NCBI RefSeq assembly: GCF_036321535.1
Contig: NC_087437.1
Coordinates: 51,710,001-51,774,000 of the forward strand
Source of the DNA: Camelus dromedarius
Taxonomy: Eukaryota
DNA length: 64,000 bases
Reading direction: 5' to 3'
Of the stretch, positions 63,601 to 64,000 are shown in pieces. Every line of letters begins with the position of its first letter. Within the stretch, counting starts at the first letter, position 1. A program made the position numbers and the translations under genes. Below the pieces are notes generated by a model. It did not search any database. It was not told the origin of the DNA and was given only the letters and a program-made list of their open reading frames with translations.

Positions 63601-64000
63601 GGAATAGCCTTCAGCTAACAGGGGCTCTTGAGCACGGACAGCCTGTCTCCACTTGACTCTGGGAGCCTTTCCCTCTCCTTGGCTGGGGAGACTCTCAGGC
63701 TGTGCCCACCCCTTTGGACTGGGAGATATCCTCCCCTCACACAGGTCTCTTGGGGTCCACAGCCACCCAGCCCATCTGGGCAGAGAAGGGGTTCATTGCC
63801 CCAGAACTAACAGGATAGTGGTGAGGCGGTCAGAAAGAGAGTGGGCCCCAAATGGCTTAAAGTCTTTTGCCCACTTCTCTCAGCAAAGATGTGGAAAGAA
63901 GAAGCTAGTGTGGGTGTCCATCATAGATGTCCAAAAGGATGGCTGTGAAACCCAGATTTACCATGTCTAGTCTATGACCGCCATGACCACCACATCTGTC

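Noticed and set aside
63628..63643. REST/NRSE-like motif TTGAGCACGGACAGCC
   Set aside because: Half-site spacing is 3 nt shorter than the canonical TTCAGCACCnnGGACAG and the left half is imperfect
1..64000. Prokaryotic-type systems (CRISPR arrays, operons, defence loci) or a second protein-coding gene
   Set aside because: The sequence is clearly mammalian. I saw no regularly spaced repeat-spacer array, and no ORF outside EPHB3 and the retroelement remnants resembles a known protein.

Overview
Mammalian genomic DNA containing one complete, intact protein-coding gene: the ephrin type-B receptor tyrosine kinase EPHB3. It lies on the + strand with 16 coding exons, from ATG 17417 to TGA 36110. 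The spliced CDS is 3012 nt (1003 aa), all introns are GT-AG, and the polyA signal is at 36858. A tRNA-Ala-derived SINE with an 18-bp target-site duplication at ~15.2 kb resembles the camelid Vic-1 family, suggesting a camel/alpaca/llama genome (inference). The flanks are non-coding: a decayed ERV-L/MaLR internal pol remnant (~0.7-1.9 kb), nested L1 insertions (5-6.6 kb), MIR/L2/MER fragments, simple repeats and several orphan CpG islands downstream. I found no convincing new gene or novel system. The best leads are regulatory or isoform-level: a TCF/RBPJ/ETS/E-box enhancer cluster upstream of EPHB3, a pure (CCG)12 polyproline tract before the signal-peptide core, a possible intron-8 polyadenylation giving a kinase-less receptor, three stop-free in-frame introns, and paired orphan CpG islands at 55.6-58.9 kb. 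Repeat boundaries are approximate and judged by eye. Comparisons with human sequence and repeat consensi are from memory, not from a search.
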